A DNA stretch of 64,000 nt from Bryobacterales bacterium (GTDB lineage Bacteria > Acidobacteriota > Terriglobia > Bryobacterales > UBA6623): NCBI GenBank assembly GCA_965238125.1, contig OZ250179.1:6279364-6343363 (forward strand). The letters are read 5' to 3'. The position numbers and the translations under genes were made by a program. The notes under the pieces are model-generated. The model saw only the letters and a list, made by a program, of their open reading frames with translations. It was not told where the DNA came from and did not search any database. Of this stretch, positions 1 through 10,172 are shown in pieces (within the stretch, counting starts at the first letter, position 1; each line of letters opens with the position of its first letter).

Positions 1-878
1 GCATCAAGCGGCGCGCGCGGCGGGCGGCCCGTCAGCCGGGCGGCGGCCGTCGAGACAGCCCCATAAGCATACGCCGCGGCGTAGGGAATGCGGATTTTCG
101 GCGCCGGTCGGCCGCTGATCTTCGACAACGCCTTGAAAATCTCGCGCAGCGTCATGTTGCGCCCGCCCAAAATATAACGTTCCCCGCTCACGCCATGTTC
201 CATGGCCGCCAGGTGGCCGCGGGCGACATCGCGAACATCGACGATGTTCAAGCCCGTATCGAGATACGCCGGCATCGCACCCCGCAAGAAATCAACGATG
301 ATTTGCCCTGTCGGCGTCGGCTTACGGTCGCCCTCGCCGACCGGCGCGGTGGGATTGACGATGACGACGGGAAACCCCTCGGTCGCAAACTCCAAGGCAG
401 CCTGCTCAGCCAAGTATTTCGAACGCTTGTAGGGTCCTTCCATTTCCGACAGCGAGACGGCCCTGTCCTCATCGCCCGGGTCGCCGTTCCCCGGCACTCC
501 GATACAGCCGACCGTCGACGTATAGACCACCCGTTCGACGCCGGCGTCGCGGGCGGCCTGAAGGATATTCCGCGCACCCTCGACATTCGACGCGTAGATT
601 TCAGCTGGGTTCGGCGCCCACAACCGGTAATCGGCGGCGACGTGGAATAGCTCGCGGCAACCGGCGAGCGCGGTTTCGAGCGAGGCAGGATCGCGCAGGT
701 CTCCCGTGACCGTCTCGACCGGCAGGCCCGCAATGCCCCCGCGGTCACTCGACGGCCGCACCAGCACCCGAACCGATCGCCCCTCCTCGACGAGCAGGCG
801 GGCGACGTGTCCGCCGAGAAATCCCGAAGCGCCAGTCAGAAACGTCACAATGCGCCGGGGGTGGAACTGCCGGCGCAC
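1..878 (-). CDS. hpnA: Hopanoid-associated NAD-dependent sugar epimerase/dehydratase (3' end runs off the window)
   Basis: Manual minus-strand translation gives VTFLTGASGFLGGHVARLLVEEGRSVRVLVR (Rossmann motif), and later GPYKRSKYLAEQ (YxxxK). Directly downstream of hpnH/shc. Start is GTG 878 or 848. Confidence 0.88.
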   Translation of the reverse strand, partial: MRRQFHPRRIVTFLTGASGFLGGHVARLLVEEGRSVRVLVRPSSDRGGIAGLPVETVTGDLRDPASLETALAGCRELFHVAADYRLWAPNPAEIYASNVEGARNILQAARDAGVERVVYTSTVGCIGVPGNGDPGDEDRAVSLSEMEGPYKRSKYLAEQAALEFATEGFPVVIVNPTAPVGEGDRKPTPTGQIIVDFLRGAMPAYLDTGLNIVDVRDVARGHLAAMEHGVSGERYILGGRNMTLREIFKALSKISGRPAPKIRIPYAAAYAYGAVSTAAARLTGRPPRAPLD

Positions 879-934
879 TGCATCCCGGAAGGTTCCCGCA
901 AGGGTCGATGTCCCTCTCTTACGACAGCGCCCAA

Positions 935-2053
935 CTACGACAGCGCCCAGCTCAGCATCTTCAAACTGTCGCCGAGCCGCGCATTCACGCCCAACGCCGC
1001 CGAGGGCTCATAGCCGCAATGCACCAAACAATGCTCACAGCGCGCATCGTTGCCGCGGCCGTAGTTTTGCCAAGGCGTCTGGTTCATCAACTCGTCGAAG
1101 GTTTCCCAATGGGCGTCGGTGATCAGGTAACAGGGGCCCTTCCAACCGCGGACGTTATACGTCGGGTTACCCCAGGCCGTGCAAGGTAGCTCACGCTCGC
1201 CCTTGAGAAATTCCAAATACGCCGGCGTCGAGGTCAGCCGAAAACGCCGAAAGATACGGTCGATGTCGCGGAATTTCTCGTGCACTTCCTCGCGCGTCAA
1301 GAAGATCTCGCGCGTCCCCACCGCCGCATAACCGTAAGCGGGCGACAGCATATGCCCGTCGAGGCCGAGCGGCTCGAGAAACTCGAAAAGCGCCTCGATC
1401 TCCTTCATGTCCGTCTCGCGGTAGACGGTCGTATTGGTGCAAACCATGAACCCGGCCTTCTTCGCCGCGCGAATGCCCTCGACCGCTTCGTCGAACACGC
1501 CCTCGCGCTCGACGGCCAGATCATGCGTCTCCCGCAAGCCGTCCAAATGAACATTGAAAAAGAACCGCTTGCTCGGTCGAAACTCATGCAGCCGCTTGAC
1601 CAGAAACATCCCGTTCGTACACAGGTAGACGTGACGTTTGCGCTCCAGGATGCCCGCCGCCAACGGCCCGATTTGCCGATACATCATCGGCTCGCCGCCG
1701 CAAATCGAAACCACCGGCGCCCCGCACTCATCCACGGCGGCGAGGCATTTTTCAAGCGGAATGCGTTCGGTGATCGTGTCGTCGTATTCGCGAATGCGAC
1801 CGCAGCCGGTGCAGGTCAAGTTGCAGGCGTGCAGGGGTTCGAGCATCAGCACCAGCGGGAAGCGTCTTCGCAAGTAGGGATGAGGAACCGCGTCACCCGA
1901 AAGCCGCGTCGGGGCCGAGCCGTTCGCCAAGATCGGAAACGGACCCGTCTCCGGAACCGGTGTAGGATCGCCTTGCCAGCGAGCCGGCGGCCGCAGCTTG
2001 TTCCAGGCGATGTAGGCGCCCAGCCGCGCGGCGGTTTCAAGGGGAATACGCAT
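935..2053 (-). CDS. hpnH: Adenosyl-hopene transferase, radical SAM
   Basis: FPLVLMLEPLHACNLTCTGCGRI (CxxxCxxC), CTAWGNPT, C-terminal CEHCLVHCGYEP; adjacent to shc. Confidence 0.92.
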   Translation of the reverse strand: MRIPLETAARLGAYIAWNKLRPPARWQGDPTPVPETGPFPILANGSAPTRLSGDAVPHPYLRRRFPLVLMLEPLHACNLTCTGCGRIREYDDTITERIPLEKCLAAVDECGAPVVSICGGEPMMYRQIGPLAAGILERKRHVYLCTNGMFLVKRLHEFRPSKRFFFNVHLDGLRETHDLAVEREGVFDEAVEGIRAAKKAGFMVCTNTTVYRETDMKEIEALFEFLEPLGLDGHMLSPAYGYAAVGTREIFLTREEVHEKFRDIDRIFRRFRLTSTPAYLEFLKGERELPCTAWGNPTYNVRGWKGPCYLITDAHWETFDELMNQTPWQNYGRGNDARCEHCLVHCGYEPSAALGVNARLGDSLKMLSWALS

Positions 2054-2116
2054 GGTGAGAAAAGTAGCAGTTCCGTGCCCGGGCCCACTCGCCGGCCGGC
2101 CGCCGCGCCGACCCGG

Positions 2117-4078
2117 TTATGATCGCTTTTCCGCTTCCGCCGTCTTGGCGTACTCGGCCAGCGCCAACAGCGGAAAATACTGCCGGTAAAGATCGTATTT
2201 CAAATAAAACACGCCCGGGAAACCGGTACCCGTGTAGGCCTGCTCGCTCCACGAACCGTCGGGAAGCTGCGTTTCGAGCAAGTACCGCACTCCCGCTTCC
2301 ACGCTGCCCGAACGGCGGTCACCCGAAGCCAAGAGCCCCAGTACCGCCCAAGCCGTCTGGGAAGCCGTGCTCTCTCCCTCGGTCTTGCGTCGCGGGTCGT
2401 CGTACCCGGCGCAACTTTCTCCCCAACCCCCGTCGGCGTTCTGAATCGATCGCAGCCATTCCCCGGCGCGGATGATATAGGCCTCGCGCGGATCCTCGCC
2501 CGCCGCCGCCAAACCCCGCAGAGCGAAACAAGTGCCGTAGATATAGTTCACGCCCCAACGCCCGAACCAGCTGCCGTCGTCTTCCTGCGTACTCTTAAGA
2601 AACTCGACTCCCCGCCACACGGCCGGGTGCGCCGGCCCGGGACCCACGGCACACAACGCGTCCAAGACGCGCCCGGTCAAATCCGGACAAGTCGGGTCGA
2701 GCATGGCATTGTGGTCGGCGAAGGGAACATGGGTGAACAGCCGATTGTTGTTGTCCACGTCAAAAGCGCCCCAACCACCGTCCTTCGACTGCATGCTGAG
2801 CAGCCACTCGACGCCGCGCTGCTCGGCCGCGCGCTGCGCCTTCGGGTCGGTCGCGTTGGCGTGGCGCAGAGCCAATAGCACCTGCGCGGTGTCATCGGTA
2901 TCGGGGTAGAACTCGTTGGCGAACTCGAAGTACCAGCCTCCCGGCTCGGCGGTTCGGTTTCTCACGGCCCAGTCGCCGCGGCGGCGCACGTCCTTGGTCA
3001 GCAGCCAATCGGCCGCGCGGCGTAAGGCCTTGGCAACATCCTCGGAGGGATTCGGAAAGGCCGTCCCGACGGCGAAGGCCGCTAGGCCCGTGTCCCAGAC
3101 CGGCGACAGGCACGGCTGCACGCGCATCGTCCCGTCGCGCTCGGTGCCTTCCTCGATAATCAGCTCGTCGAACTTTTGGATTTGCCTTTGCAACAGAGGG
3201 TCGTCGAGCCCGTAGCCCAGCTCGGTCAGCGCCATGATGCAATTCATCATGGCCGGGAAGATCGCGCCCAGCCCGTCGGAATCCTCGAGCCTTTCGATCA
3301 TCCAGCGCGATGTGGCTCGAACCGCCTTGTGGCGCGCCCGGCGGACCCCCACCCGTTCCCAAACCTTGAGCGCGCGATCGGCCAGCCGGAATAGATTGCC
3401 GGGGTCGAACAGGTCGCCCGGCGCCGGCTCGGCATCGATCGAAAGCTCCTCGAGACCGATGCCTTTGGGAACAGGCCGCGACGCGCCCAACGCCCCCAAA
3501 ATCGCCAGCGGCGCGATGATCGCCCGCGTCCAAGACGACATGTCGTAGACGCTGCACTTGGCCTTGTCGGGAAGCAGGAATAGCTCGGGCGGGATCGTCG
3601 GCGTCTTGGCACGGTCGTAGAGCCCGAAGAAACTCAGATAAATCTTGGTATAGCTGTTGGTCGCCTCGACGCCGCCCAATTGCAGGATTTGCCGCTTGGC
3701 GCCGACCAAGCGCGCATCGTCGGCCTCGTAACCGGCCAACCGCAAAGCAAGATAGGCCTTGACCGAAGCGCTGACATTCGCCGGTCCGCCCGGGTAGATG
3801 TTCCAACCGCCGTCGGGAAGCTGTCGGCTGAGAATGTAGCGCGCCGCCCGCGCGATTCGGTCGGCGGTTGGGGGCCGCCATGTCCCCGCTTGGGGCGGGT
3901 AGAGCCAAAGCTGCAGCAGGATGTAGTCGGAATCGAGCGACGTATCGGCTTCCAGTTCGCCGACCCACCAGCCGTCGGGCGACTGCCGGCCGAGCAAACA
4001 GTCGGCGGCGGCGCGCACGGCCGAGTCGACGTTGGAATGTCGATCGGGAGCGAGAGTTTGTACCGCTGCTGTACTCAA
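2117..4078 (-). CDS. shc: Squalene-hopene cyclase
   Basis: Catalytic YPDTDDTA (DxDDTA), repeated QxxDGxW motifs, WFGRWGVNYIYGT; 653 aa. Confidence 0.97.
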   Translation of the reverse strand: MSTAAVQTLAPDRHSNVDSAVRAAADCLLGRQSPDGWWVGELEADTSLDSDYILLQLWLYPPQAGTWRPPTADRIARAARYILSRQLPDGGWNIYPGGPANVSASVKAYLALRLAGYEADDARLVGAKRQILQLGGVEATNSYTKIYLSFFGLYDRAKTPTIPPELFLLPDKAKCSVYDMSSWTRAIIAPLAILGALGASRPVPKGIGLEELSIDAEPAPGDLFDPGNLFRLADRALKVWERVGVRRARHKAVRATSRWMIERLEDSDGLGAIFPAMMNCIMALTELGYGLDDPLLQRQIQKFDELIIEEGTERDGTMRVQPCLSPVWDTGLAAFAVGTAFPNPSEDVAKALRRAADWLLTKDVRRRGDWAVRNRTAEPGGWYFEFANEFYPDTDDTAQVLLALRHANATDPKAQRAAEQRGVEWLLSMQSKDGGWGAFDVDNNNRLFTHVPFADHNAMLDPTCPDLTGRVLDALCAVGPGPAHPAVWRGVEFLKSTQEDDGSWFGRWGVNYIYGTCFALRGLAAAGEDPREAYIIRAGEWLRSIQNADGGWGESCAGYDDPRRKTEGESTASQTAWAVLGLLASGDRRSGSVEAGVRYLLETQLPDGSWSEQAYTGTGFPGVFYLKYDLYRQYFPLLALAEYAKTAEAEKRS

Positions 4079-4185
4079 GTGACCCGACTCCTTGTCTGCT
4101 TGGTGAAAAATCCTACCCCGGCGTTGCCGACGACCGCGGGCTTCTCGTGAGCGTAACTCTTAGGTTCTCGTCACCCGTGCTGACT

Positions 4186-5184
4186 TCATAGGTTGGCGAT
4201 TTGGGAAAGCTCGCCTTGATGCGCCCCAAGCTCGGGAGGCAGCGGGAAACTGACGTCCTCTTGAATCACTTCGACTTCCTCGACCCGTGCAAACCCGAAT
4301 CGCGCAAGCTCGTCCACGATTCCCCGCACCAGCACTTCCGGTGCCGACGCCCCCGCTGTCACCGCGACGTGCCTTACTCCGCGGAACCAAACCTCGTCGA
4401 GTTGGGACTTGCCGTCGATCAGATGCCCGGGCACCCCCAGGTTTTCGCCGACCTCGACAAGTCTTCGGGAATTCGAGCTGTTTTGCGAGCCCACGACCAA
4501 CAGCAAGTCGGCGCGCGGCGCGACGCGTTTCACCGCTTGCTGACGATTCTCGGTGGCGTAACAGATATCCTTCGCCGGAGGCCCCTGAATGTCGGGGAAG
4601 CGCTGCTGCAACGCTTCGATGATGACGCCGGCCTCATCGAGGCTCAGCGTCGTCTGCGTCAGATAGTACGTGTTCGCGGGGTCGGGGACTTCGACTTGCC
4701 GCGCTTCCGCGGGCGACGAGACGACGATGGTGCGCTCGGGGGCCTCTCCCATCGTCCCGATCACTTCGTCGTGGTCGCGGTGACCGATCAGCAAAATCGT
4801 CCCGCGCGCCTCGGCGAAGCGCACGGCTTCCAAATGAACCTTCGTCACCAGAGGACAAGTCGCGTCGATCACCCGCAGGCGGCGTCGCTCGGCATCTTGT
4901 CGAACCTCGGGGGCCACGCCGTGGGCGCTGAAAACCACGCGGCCGCCCGCGGGGACTTCATCGAGCTCATCGACGAAAATCGCCCCCCGCGACGCCAGGT
5001 CGCTGACCACGTGCCGATTGTGAACGATCTCTTTGCGGACATAGATCGGCGGTCCGTAGACCTGCAGCGCCAGCTCGACAATGTCGATCGCGCGCACCAC
5101 GCCAGCGCAAAATCCGCGCGGCTTGAGCAGGTAGACGACCTTGTCGCCGCCGTTCACCCGGGTGGGGGAAATGTTGTCAGCCAT
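4186..5184 (-). CDS. ispH: 4-hydroxy-3-methylbut-2-enyl diphosphate reductase
   Basis: PRGFCAGV, IVHN, FSAHGV, DATCPLV, TQTTLS, DICYATENRQ, SSNS, TAGASAP. Start taken at MADNIS (5184). Confidence 0.97.
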   Translation of the reverse strand: MADNISPTRVNGGDKVVYLLKPRGFCAGVVRAIDIVELALQVYGPPIYVRKEIVHNRHVVSDLASRGAIFVDELDEVPAGGRVVFSAHGVAPEVRQDAERRRLRVIDATCPLVTKVHLEAVRFAEARGTILLIGHRDHDEVIGTMGEAPERTIVVSSPAEARQVEVPDPANTYYLTQTTLSLDEAGVIIEALQQRFPDIQGPPAKDICYATENRQQAVKRVAPRADLLLVVGSQNSSNSRRLVEVGENLGVPGHLIDGKSQLDEVWFRGVRHVAVTAGASAPEVLVRGIVDELARFGFARVEEVEVIQEDVSFPLPPELGAHQGELSQIANL

Positions 5185-5359
5185 CGAATTTCCCGATCGA
5201 GAGCAATAGCAAGATGTAGCCCGCCGCCCCCCGCATCGCAAGGGCGTCTCTATAGCTTACAATAGCGTCTCTGGGGCACGACGGCAGTGGAATAGGGCCT
5301 AGACCCATGCGGGCAATCGAGTCTTAGCCCGGAGATGGATTGCTCTAGCTCAGCGGTGG

Positions 5360-5510
5360 CTATCGGCGGGCGAACAAGTACTTCGCCACGAAAGCGAAGA
5401 TTGCCACGACGCCGGCCGTCGTGCTCGTAACCGTGGCAACGAGAACCGAATCCGGCAGAGTGAAGTACCCACGCGGTAGGAGGAATCCTTCGAAAGAGCA
5501 GGATCAGCAT
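5360..5510 (-). pseudogene. Frameshifted remnant of a small membrane protein
   Basis: Joining two frames gives MLILLF/EGFLLPRGYFTLPDSVLVATVTSTTAGVVAIFAFVAKYLFARR*, a hydrophobic helix pattern. Confidence 0.4.
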
Positions 5511-5535
5511 GATCGACGAATCCGCGGCTGCTGAT

Positions 5536-6690
5536 TCAGTCGCCCTCCCGCATCCGCCCCGCCGGGTCGAGGCGGTATCGCCGCCCCGCCCATTCGACGC
5601 GGTTGCCGAAAAAGCTCGCGCACCAAACCCCGAAAGCGAAAAGGTCGGCCGCGAAAATCCAGTAACCCCGCCGACCGACCGCTTCGGAGCCTACCGCCCC
5701 CCGACCGACCGACCAAGCCGCGACTCCCCGCAGTGCCAGACAAACCAGCGCTGCGGCCGCCGCCGGCGCTTGATCGCCGGCTAAGCCCAGCGCCGCCAAA
5801 CTCCAGACCGTCCCATGCGTGAAGAGCAGCCCGGCATGTCCCCAAGGCCGCGAAACACGCACCGTCCGCGACCACCGCAGCCAATGTCTCCCGACATCGC
5901 GCCACCCCTCGTTGGGCAGAACGGTTTCCACCACGCGCCGGGCCGGAACAACGCGCCGACCCTTAGCGGCCAAGCGGCTTCCCAATTGGTAGTCGTCGGC
6001 CAGGAACGGCCGCAGCGTCTCGAAGCCGCCGATCGCATCGAGATCGGCGCGGCGAACGGCCATCGTCGCGCCCAGCGCGAAGCGCATCCCTTGGAAACCG
6101 CGCGCCGCGAGTACTTGCCCTTGAAACTCAGCCGACACCCACAGAGCTTCGAGCAACGACGCAAAGCCCTGGGCGGGGCGGGCACGGTACAGGCAGCTCA
6201 CCAGACCGACCGCGGGGTCATCCAACTCGGCGACAATTTCCCGGAAGTAGCCGGGCTCGACGGCGATATCGGCGTCGTTGATCAGAAAAACGTTGTGGCG
6301 GGCGCGGCGCGCCAGCTCCTCGAGTCGCCACACCTTGGCGTTGCCGGCGGGCGCGGGTCCGCACACAGCGATCTCAATGCGAAGGTCGGAAAATTCGGCG
6401 GCCAAGCGAGAAACCACCGCAACGGCCGGGTCGTCGGGCGTCTCGACACCGAACAGCAGCTCGAACTCGGGATAATTCTGCGCGGCGTGAGCTCGGAGGT
6501 TTTCTTCCAACGACGGCCCGGCGCCTTGAAGAGGCTTGAGCACCGACAGCGCCGGAGTCGCTCCGCCGACACGCGGCCCGCCGCGCCGAAAGCGCCACGC
6601 AAACCATGTCATAGCCAAGTAATGGGCCGACGCGCAGACCGTCAGAGCGACGACAACGAACGACAGCGGACCGCTCACCAACTCCGTCAC
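5536..6690 (-). CDS. hpnI: Hopanoid glycosyltransferase (GT2, ceramide glucosyltransferase-like)
   Basis: LSVLKPLQG, NAKV, INDADI, FALGATMA, LADDYQLG, LRWSRTVR; in hopanoid cluster. Confidence 0.88.
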   Translation of the reverse strand: MTELVSGPLSFVVVALTVCASAHYLAMTWFAWRFRRGGPRVGGATPALSVLKPLQGAGPSLEENLRAHAAQNYPEFELLFGVETPDDPAVAVVSRLAAEFSDLRIEIAVCGPAPAGNAKVWRLEELARRARHNVFLINDADIAVEPGYFREIVAELDDPAVGLVSCLYRARPAQGFASLLEALWVSAEFQGQVLAARGFQGMRFALGATMAVRRADLDAIGGFETLRPFLADDYQLGSRLAAKGRRVVPARRVVETVLPNEGWRDVGRHWLRWSRTVRVSRPWGHAGLLFTHGTVWSLAALGLAGDQAPAAAAALVCLALRGVAAWSVGRGAVGSEAVGRRGYWIFAADLFAFGVWCASFFGNRVEWAGRRYRLDPAGRMREGD

Positions 6691-6697
6691 CCCGCGC

Positions 6698-7060
6698 CTA
6701 CGTGGAAACCAACATCACGCCGCAGGTTACCAGCAACGCGCCCGCCCAGCGACGCGGGGAGATCGTTTCCCCCAAGACCGTTTTCGCCAGCAAGGTCTCG
6801 ACCACGTAACCCGCCGCCGTCGCCGGTACGGCGAAGCTGACGTCGGCGATCGAAAGCAGCGCCATGAACGCAAAGAATGACAGGGTATAGCCGACCAGCG
6901 AAAGCCAGATCACCGCGGAGCCCCCGACGCGGCCCGCCTCCCGCGCTAACGACCGTGGACGAAAATCGTCGATCGGTCCCAAGCGCCGCATCCCGGTTGC
7001 TTTCAGAAGGTCGCCGGCGACCGTCCCCCCGACAACCAGCAGCAGCAAGAAGAACTTCAA
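6698..7060 (-). CDS. Small 4-TM EamA/DMT family transporter
   Basis: 120 aa, hydrophobic; ADVSFAVP...LGETISPRRWAGALLV. Confidence 0.85.
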   Translation of the reverse strand: MKFFLLLLVVGGTVAGDLLKATGMRRLGPIDDFRPRSLAREAGRVGGSAVIWLSLVGYTLSFFAFMALLSIADVSFAVPATAAGYVVETLLAKTVLGETISPRRWAGALLVTCGVMLVST

Positions 7061-7464
7061 GCCGCACCGCCTCGGGGTCGATCAGCGGTCGACACCGGCG
7101 TCGATCCGACCACGCCCACCCCGAAAGTAATCAGCACCGTCCCCGCCCAACGTCCGGCGGAAACGGTTTCTCCGAGTACCCACCACCCGAGCACCGCGAC
7201 CAGCACGTACCCGATCGAGGTGACCAGCAAGACATAGCTGAGGTCGGCCCGACTCAGCACCAAGGCGTGAGCGATGAAGAAAATCAGCAGTAGGACGACG
7301 CCCGCCATCACCCACGGATTGATGAACGCCCGCAGCCCCCCCTGAGCCATTGCCAACGGAGAGTAGGAGGCGATGTCGCCCACCTGCCGCATGCCGTAAC
7401 CGAGCACGATGTTGCCCGCAGCGTTCGTGACGATCACGATCAGCAGAAGGTAGGCGGTTTTCAT
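7057..7464 (-). CDS. Small 4-TM EamA/DMT family transporter
   Basis: 135 aa; ADLSYVL...LGETVSAGRWAGTVLI; 4-nt overlap with the next paralog. Confidence 0.85.
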   Translation of the reverse strand: MKTAYLLLIVIVTNAAGNIVLGYGMRQVGDIASYSPLAMAQGGLRAFINPWVMAGVVLLLIFFIAHALVLSRADLSYVLLVTSIGYVLVAVLGWWVLGETVSAGRWAGTVLITFGVGVVGSTPVSTADRPRGGAA

Positions 7465-7563
7465 GGCGACTCGCTCGAACCGCGGCTCCCGAGGGTACGG
7501 CTTCAGAGGGTCGCTATCGTACCGAGTCGCAACAAGCGGCCGGCCAACCTCACGCGCCGCGCC

Positions 7564-8382
7564 CTAAACCTCGTCCAAACAGGCAAGCCACCAGGGGTGC
7601 ATGCCGTTGTATTGCAACTTTTCGGGGATATGCTCGAAACGGTCGCAGGCCGCCGCGACTTCCTCTTTCGTGACGATCCCCTCTCGAATGGTCTCGAGCA
7701 AGGCGTCTTTCCAAACTCCCGTCAGAGGATGTTCCGGGTAGCGCCACGGCTGCGTGCGTTGCCGCGTGTAGTGCAGCAGACGCGTCTTGCCCGGTTCGTA
7801 TTCATTGAGGTGGTTCCAGTAGTGCGTGATCTCTTGAGGACGAAACTTGAGCAGATACCCCACCTGGGCCGCGCTATACCGCTTGCGCTCGTCCTCTTCC
7901 GGGCCCGCCTTGATGAAGGAGCGGATTTCTTCGACCGTGGGCCAGATCCCGCGAGCCTTTTCGCAATCGATCAACATCACGGAAGCCTCTGGGTACCCCT
8001 TGCGATACGTACACCACATACAGCTTTCGTGATTCGGATACTGGCCGTCGATTTCCCAGAGTTCGCGAATATCTCCGAAAACCATTTGGTCGGCGTCGAG
8101 ATAGATGGCCCAGCCCTTGTAGTCGCGGTACTCGGGGATGCGCCAGCGTTGAAACGAAAAGCCCGTCGCGGCGCCGAAGTCGCGAAGTTCCAGGCCGTCG
8201 GTTAGGTGATGAAATTCGATTTGCGTGGAATCCGCAGCGTGCTTGCGAATCGAATGCTCCAGAATTTTCCGAGGAATTTCGGCACACTCTTCGGTACCGA
8301 TGCAGACATGAATGGGCAATTCGACGACTCGCTTTGCCGCGCTCGCCGACTTTCGCCACTTTTCGATCAACGAGGAGAGCAC
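7564..8382 (-). CDS. Glycosyltransferase, GT8-like
   Basis: ATGFSFQRWRIPE, AIYLDADQMV (DxD), ASVMLIDC, WNHL, LLHYT..QPW. Start GTG 8382 chosen; the ORF track extends to 8682. Confidence 0.75.
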   Translation of the reverse strand: MLSSLIEKWRKSASAAKRVVELPIHVCIGTEECAEIPRKILEHSIRKHAADSTQIEFHHLTDGLELRDFGAATGFSFQRWRIPEYRDYKGWAIYLDADQMVFGDIRELWEIDGQYPNHESCMWCTYRKGYPEASVMLIDCEKARGIWPTVEEIRSFIKAGPEEDERKRYSAAQVGYLLKFRPQEITHYWNHLNEYEPGKTRLLHYTRQRTQPWRYPEHPLTGVWKDALLETIREGIVTKEEVAAACDRFEHIPEKLQYNGMHPWWLACLDEV

Positions 8383-8628
8383 GTTAGAATTGTACCGCGG
8401 AAAACCCAATAATTCAGCACGAACCAACACCGTCACGCCGTCGAACGCCGCACGGCCGGAAGGACGTGATTCGGCGGGCGCGGCCGGGTCGAACCGAGCC
8501 CGCCCGGATCCGCCGTCAAAGCAAGCTATTACCATTGTCCTACGACCTTTTCGGCTGTTGACGACGCGCCGGGGTGCAACCTTCGGACCCGCCCGAAACC
8601 GCATGTTATTCTGTTGTTCGTTGTTGTT

Positions 8629-9708
8629 ATGAATTCGTGCATTTACTCCGGGTTTCAATGGCTGACGCGCTCGGGAATTCAACGGTCATCCGGCGGTGCG
8701 TCACGCTTCTACCATACCGAGGCGAGCAAATACGCCACCGTTTCCACCGCCGCCACCAGCTACTTCGTCAGCGGCTTGCTGCAAAGCTCCGAAGTCGACC
8801 CGGACGCCGCGGTGGAGTGCGCCCAGGCCGCGGGCCGCTTCTTGCTGGACAAAGCCTTCGACGAGGAAGTCGGTCTGTTCCGCCACGAGGTGGTGGAAGA
8901 GGGGGACTTGCAGCCTTGGTCCTATCTCCTCGATTCGACCGCCGGCCTCCGCGCGCTGATCGACCTTGGGAAGGCGACCCAAGAACCCGCGTACGCCGAG
9001 CAAGCCGAGCGCTACGGGATTGCCATTAAGGAAAACCTTTCGCGGATGGACGGGTCTTTCTTTCCGGTCTTTGACCTGGCGCGGCAAATGCCCTACGAAG
9101 CCGACGAGCCATGGTGGCAACAGGCGGGCGTCTATCACCTCAAATCGGCGTTGGCGTTCCGGTTGCTCGCCGATGTCGTGGGCTTAAGCGAATTCAAGGC
9201 GATGGCGGAGGAACTCTTGCTGTGGTGCCTCAAACGGCATGAGGGCTTCGCCCAGCCCGAGCAGACCGCCGAGATGACGATGAGTCGCCTCCACGCCTAT
9301 TGTTATTTCCTCGAAGGGCTGCTTCCCGAGGCGGGTTTGGACCCCGCCTGCAGCCGGGCGCTGCAGTTCGGCATTCTCGAAATCGAAAACCTTTCCCAGG
9401 ACGTGGGTCACGAGTTTCAGCGCTGCGACGTGCTGGCGCAGCTGCTGCGGCTGCGTCTGTTCGCCGATCAGCTCGGGATCATGGAACTCGACTACCAACA
9501 GGCGGGCAACGAAGCGGCCGCAATTGAAGAGTTTCAGCGACAATCCTCGGACCCGAAAATCGACGGGGGCTTCGCCTTCGCGCGGAAGGACAGCCGACTG
9601 ACGCCGGACGGCAACACGACCGCTACCATCTTTTCCCTGCAAGCCCTGCAAATGTGGGAACAAGCCTCCTCAGGGGGGTTCCGCCGAAGCTGGGAAGCGC
9701 TGATCTAA
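8629..9708 (+). CDS. Hypothetical protein, possibly an alpha/alpha-barrel (epimerase/glycoside hydrolase-like)
   Basis: Long ORF with normal codon use; WLTRSGIQ..GG..RFY N-terminus and helical repeats. Fold is a guess. Confidence 0.6.
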   Translation: MNSCIYSGFQWLTRSGIQRSSGGASRFYHTEASKYATVSTAATSYFVSGLLQSSEVDPDAAVECAQAAGRFLLDKAFDEEVGLFRHEVVEEGDLQPWSYLLDSTAGLRALIDLGKATQEPAYAEQAERYGIAIKENLSRMDGSFFPVFDLARQMPYEADEPWWQQAGVYHLKSALAFRLLADVVGLSEFKAMAEELLLWCLKRHEGFAQPEQTAEMTMSRLHAYCYFLEGLLPEAGLDPACSRALQFGILEIENLSQDVGHEFQRCDVLAQLLRLRLFADQLGIMELDYQQAGNEAAAIEEFQRQSSDPKIDGGFAFARKDSRLTPDGNTTATIFSLQALQMWEQASSGGFRRSWEALI

Positions 9709-9770
9709 CCGCGATCGGTTTGGGAAGGGGACCCGCCGGGCCGGTTGGGCTTCCGCCGGACGCTTCTCGC

Positions 9771-10157
9771 CTACACCGCGCGCCGGTGGGTCGCCGTTAC
9801 CGTCGAGTGCAAACCGCCCCGCGGTGTGAACTCACCCACGATCTCCGCCTCGACCGGGTCGATCGTTCGCACGATGTCGGCCAACATGCGATTCACGACG
9901 TTCTCGTAGAAGATCCCCAAATCGCGATAGGCCAACACGTAGTACTTGAACGACTTCAATTCCAAGCAAAGCCGGTCCGGCTGATAGCTGAGCGTCAACT
10001 TGCCGAAATCAGGGAGGCCGGTCTTGGGGCAGACCGAGGTGAACTCGGGAATCTCGATCGTGATGCGATAGCCCTTGAATTGGTTCGGCCAGGTTTCGAT
10101 GGAAGGAAGCTCAGCGTCCAGACCGGCTTGGGCATGTTCCTCGGTGTATTCAGGCAC
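9771..10157 (-). CDS. queF: preQ1 synthase (NADPH-dependent 7-cyano-7-deazaguanine reductase)
   Basis: PEFTSVCPKTGLPDF, LELKSFKYY, FTPRGG. Confidence 0.95.
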   Translation of the reverse strand: MPEYTEEHAQAGLDAELPSIETWPNQFKGYRITIEIPEFTSVCPKTGLPDFGKLTLSYQPDRLCLELKSFKYYVLAYRDLGIFYENVVNRMLADIVRTIDPVEAEIVGEFTPRGGLHSTVTATHRRAV

Positions 10158-10172
10158 GGCGTTCGATTCTGA

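Noticed and set aside
5270-5535. tmRNA, RNase P or other ncRNA between ispH and hpnI
   Set aside because: No tRNA-like ends or RNase P consensus; the minus strand is better explained as a frameshifted membrane-protein remnant.
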